From NCBI GenBank assembly GCA_964468895.1, contig CAYXWT010000009.1:12733-20403 (forward strand): 7,671 nucleotides of DNA, given 5' to 3'. The DNA is from an uncultured archaeon. Its GTDB lineage: Archaea; Iainarchaeota; Iainarchaeia; Iainarchaeales; CSSED10-239. A program made the position numbers and the translations under genes. This document shows, piece by piece, positions 5,896-7,671 of the stretch (position 1 is its first letter; every line of letters begins with the position of its first letter). Below the pieces are notes generated by a model, which saw only the letters and a list, made by a program, of their open reading frames with translations, ran no database searches and was not told the origin of the DNA.

Positions 5896-5916
5896 AAAAA
5901 TTAAAATTTATTTTTT
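5880..5916. terminator. Putative bidirectional terminator: 37-nt perfect A/T palindrome spanning both convergent stop codons
   Basis: Arms 5880-5895 (AAAAAATAAATTTTAA) and 5901-5916 (TTAAAATTTATTTTTT) are exact reverse complements around the loop AAAAA. On either strand the transcript would form a hairpin ending in U6. The structure contains the antiporter stop (5893-5895) and the glycosyltransferase stop (5908-5910, minus strand). Confidence 0.45.
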
Positions 5917-6999
5917 AAATATCTTTTTAATTTTAAGACATTTCTTTTTTTCTTTTTTTTCAACTAGTTCTTTAATAGCCTTTTTGAATTCTTTTAAAAA
6001 TTTGTTTTTGGATTTATATTTATGTTTTTTTAAATTTTCAGTATAACAATCTAATTTTTTAAAAAATGCTTCTAGTTTATTTTTATCAATTGTAGTGTGT
6101 TTTTCTCCAAATCCCATTTTCTCAAGATAATGTGCATTTGTAATTTGTTCAAATTGTTTCTTAATAGGAATAGAATATATTGGTGTTTTATAATATATAG
6201 CTTCACTTATTGATGTGTGTCCACCATTAGTAATAAACGCTTTTGCATTTGCTATGTATTTATACATTCCTGGAGTACCCATTTTAATAAATTTAACATT
6301 TTTAGAATTGTAATTTCTTTTAGAACCAAAAAGAACAAACTTTTCGTTTTTTATTTTTTTAATTTCTGAAATAATTTTTTTATCAAAAAACCTATTATAT
6401 ATTAAAACATAATTTTTTTTTATGGGTTTGTAATTATATTGCTCATCAAGAAGTATAGGGTCAAAAAACATTGTGTTTTTTTTAATAATTTTAGTTTTAT
6501 AAAAACATAGTCCAAAATATCTATCTGCATGAGGTACAATAATTTTGGAAATAGACTTTGCTGTTATAAAATTAGAGGTGTCTTTAAAGTTAAAATCTAC
6601 TTTACCTCTAAATATTGTTGAATGATTATCTACACAAATGGTAGGTATTTCCATGATTTGAGCACACCATAAACTAAATCTTTCTAAATCTGATATTAAA
6701 ATATCTGGACGATAATTTTTAATTAGTTTTATAATCTTTTTGAAATTCTGTATGTTTCCTTTAGATATATAAAATGTATCTATAAATGTGTTCCAATAAT
6801 CTATTTCATTATCACTATAATTAAAAGCAAATTGAGGAATTAAAGTATAATCTCCAAAATCATCTCCTAAAAAATCTTTTACATTTTTACTAGTGATGAT
6901 ACGTATTTCATGATTATTTTTTTTAAGCTCTTTAATAATAGGTATACTTCTAACAGCATGACCTAATCCATCTGAATTTATTGCATATAAAATTTTCAT
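5908..6999 (-). CDS. GT-B fold glycosyltransferase, MJ1255/MurG-like (GT28/GT1-type)
   Basis: 363 aa. The N-terminus MKILYAINSDGLGHAVRSIPIIKELKKNNHEI is the typical G-rich acceptor-domain start (G.GH..R). The C-terminal domain has ITNGGHTSISEAIYYKTPIYSIPIKKQFEQITNAHYLEKMGFG, the nucleotide-sugar binding signature (GG..t..Ea...g.P....P....Q..NA). A Lys-rich tail of about 40 aa follows. Confidence 0.8.
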   Translation of the reverse strand: MKILYAINSDGLGHAVRSIPIIKELKKNNHEIRIITSKNVKDFLGDDFGDYTLIPQFAFNYSDNEIDYWNTFIDTFYISKGNIQNFKKIIKLIKNYRPDILISDLERFSLWCAQIMEIPTICVDNHSTIFRGKVDFNFKDTSNFITAKSISKIIVPHADRYFGLCFYKTKIIKKNTMFFDPILLDEQYNYKPIKKNYVLIYNRFFDKKIISEIKKIKNEKFVLFGSKRNYNSKNVKFIKMGTPGMYKYIANAKAFITNGGHTSISEAIYYKTPIYSIPIKKQFEQITNAHYLEKMGFGEKHTTIDKNKLEAFFKKLDCYTENLKKHKYKSKNKFLKEFKKAIKELVEKKEKKKCLKIKKIFKK

Positions 7000-7112
7000 A
7001 GTTCATCAAATTTTTATTTTTTAAGTAATAGTTATATAAAATAAGCCAAAAGTTTTTAAAAATACTTCTTTTTAAATATTTATATAACTAATATCTTAAA
7101 AGGTTTTAATAT
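7000..7112. promoter_or_regulatory. Divergent intergenic promoter region (glycosyltransferase to the left, kinase to the right) with TATA-like boxes
   Basis: 113-bp A/T-rich spacer. TTATATAAAA (7033-7042, reads TTTTATATAA on the minus strand) is placed for the minus-strand gene. TTTATATAAC (7079-7088) is placed about 30 nt before ATG 7113. The assignment rests on sequence only. Confidence 0.3.
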
Positions 7113-7671
7113 ATGAAGATATTTATTTGTGGTTTTTCAGCATCTGGTAAAAGTTATTTAACTGAATTTATTGGTAAAAGATTAAATCTTAAGGTTATAC
7201 ATACATCTGATCTTTTAAAACAAATTTCTAAAGGTAATTTTGAAAATATTTTAAATATAGAAAACACTAAGATGAACATGGGGTGGTATGAACATTCTAA
7301 TTTAGATTCTCTTAGAAAAAGTAATGATACTATAGACATAAGATTAGATAAATATCTTTTAGACTTTGTTAATAATAACGATAATTTTGTGATGGATTCT
7401 TGGACTTTACCTTATCTTTATAAAGGTGGTTTTAAAGTTTGGTTAAAATCTGATCTTTCTGAAAGGTCAAAAAGAATGTCTACTAGAGATAATATTGATT
7501 TAAATGAAGCCTTAAAATTAGTAGTTAAGAAAGATACTTTTTCAATAAATAAATTTAAGAAATTATACAGTTTTGATTTAGGTAAGGATTTATCTAATTT
7601 TGATTTTGTTTTAGATACTACTAATTTAAGTTTAAAATCTGTTCATGATATTGTATTAGAAGAAATTAAAA
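7113..7671 (+). CDS. cmk: P-loop nucleoside-monophosphate kinase, archaeal-type cytidylate kinase-like (3' end outside window)
   Basis: Not in the ORF track because the frame stays open to the window edge. My hand translation shows no stop over 186 codons: MKIFICGFSASGKSYLTEFIGKRLNLKVIHTSDLL... It has a Walker A motif (GFSASGKS). The later FKVWLKSDLSERSKRMSTRDNIDLNEALKLVVKKD....KFKKLYSFDL..DLSNFDFVLDTT parallels archaeal CMP kinase (LKIWL.AP.E.RA.RIA.REG...EEA......RE....KRY...YGIDIDDLS.YDLVIDT). Substrate specificity cannot be settled from sequence alone. Confidence 0.6.
   Translation, partial: MKIFICGFSASGKSYLTEFIGKRLNLKVIHTSDLLKQISKGNFENILNIENTKMNMGWYEHSNLDSLRKSNDTIDIRLDKYLLDFVNNNDNFVMDSWTLPYLYKGGFKVWLKSDLSERSKRMSTRDNIDLNEALKLVVKKDTFSINKFKKLYSFDLGKDLSNFDFVLDTTNLSLKSVHDIVLEEIK

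Noticed and set aside
5846-6046. 66-aa plus-strand ORF from the track
   Set aside because: It overlaps the antiporter 3' end in another frame and is antisense to the glycosyltransferase tail. It reads straight through the palindromic terminator and is a compositional artefact.
6893-6975. Possible C/D-box sRNA: GTGATGA (6893-6899) with a downstream CTGA (6972-6975) on the plus strand
   Set aside because: The boxes are about 80 nt apart, longer than typical archaeal C/D sRNAs. There are no convincing internal C'/D' boxes and no terminal stem. The candidate lies antisense inside a conserved CDS, so it is most likely chance.
7154-7339. 61-aa minus-strand ORF from the track
   Set aside because: It is antisense within the P-loop kinase CDS, whose frame is open from 7113 to the window end and carries Walker A and cytidylate-kinase-like motifs.
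1-7671. Searched by eye for CRISPR repeats, tRNA-like GC-rich islands, IS or transposase ends and toxin-antitoxin pairs
   Set aside because: I found no regularly spaced repeats of 24-40 bp, no GC-rich structured segments and no integrase, transposase or nuclease-like ORFs. The only repeats seen are the short A/T elements reported above.

Overview
Very AT-rich sequence (roughly a quarter G+C by eye) using the standard code: TAA, TAG and TGA all serve as stops and TGG encodes Trp. It is clearly archaeal. Positions 38-3608 (+) hold a tightly packed eight-gene block matching the conserved archaeal 'exosome superoperon': rrp4, rrp41, rrp42, ribosomal protein eL43 (L37Ae), RNA polymerase subunit P/Rpo12, a Brix/Imp4-type domain protein, KEOPS subunit Pcc1 and prefoldin beta. 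The Rpo12 gene is a 42-codon ORF missing from the supplied ORF track. After this block come five further elements. (1) A small Lys-rich protein with a C-terminal helix-turn-helix on the minus strand (3616-4032), of unknown function. (2) A CPA2/Kef-type cation:proton antiporter with a C-terminal RCK/TrkA-N domain (4156-5895, +). (3) A convergent GT-B fold glycosyltransferase resembling MJ1255/MurG (5908-6999, -). (4) A divergent P-loop NMP kinase resembling archaeal cytidylate kinase that runs off the window end (7113->7671, +). (5) Two all-A/T hairpin plus oligo-T structures at the two convergent gene junctions. I found no tRNA or rRNA, CRISPR array, transposase or integrase, or recognisable defence or toxin genes. 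My honest assessment is that this is mostly core housekeeping DNA from a low-GC archaeon with compact proteins, possibly DPANN-like (inference only), and I see no convincing novel multi-gene system. The least explained part is the orphan HTH gene, its 11-bp flanking direct repeats, and the tandem palindromic repeat in the promoter region it shares with the antiporter. All homology statements come from my memory of family motifs, not from searches.
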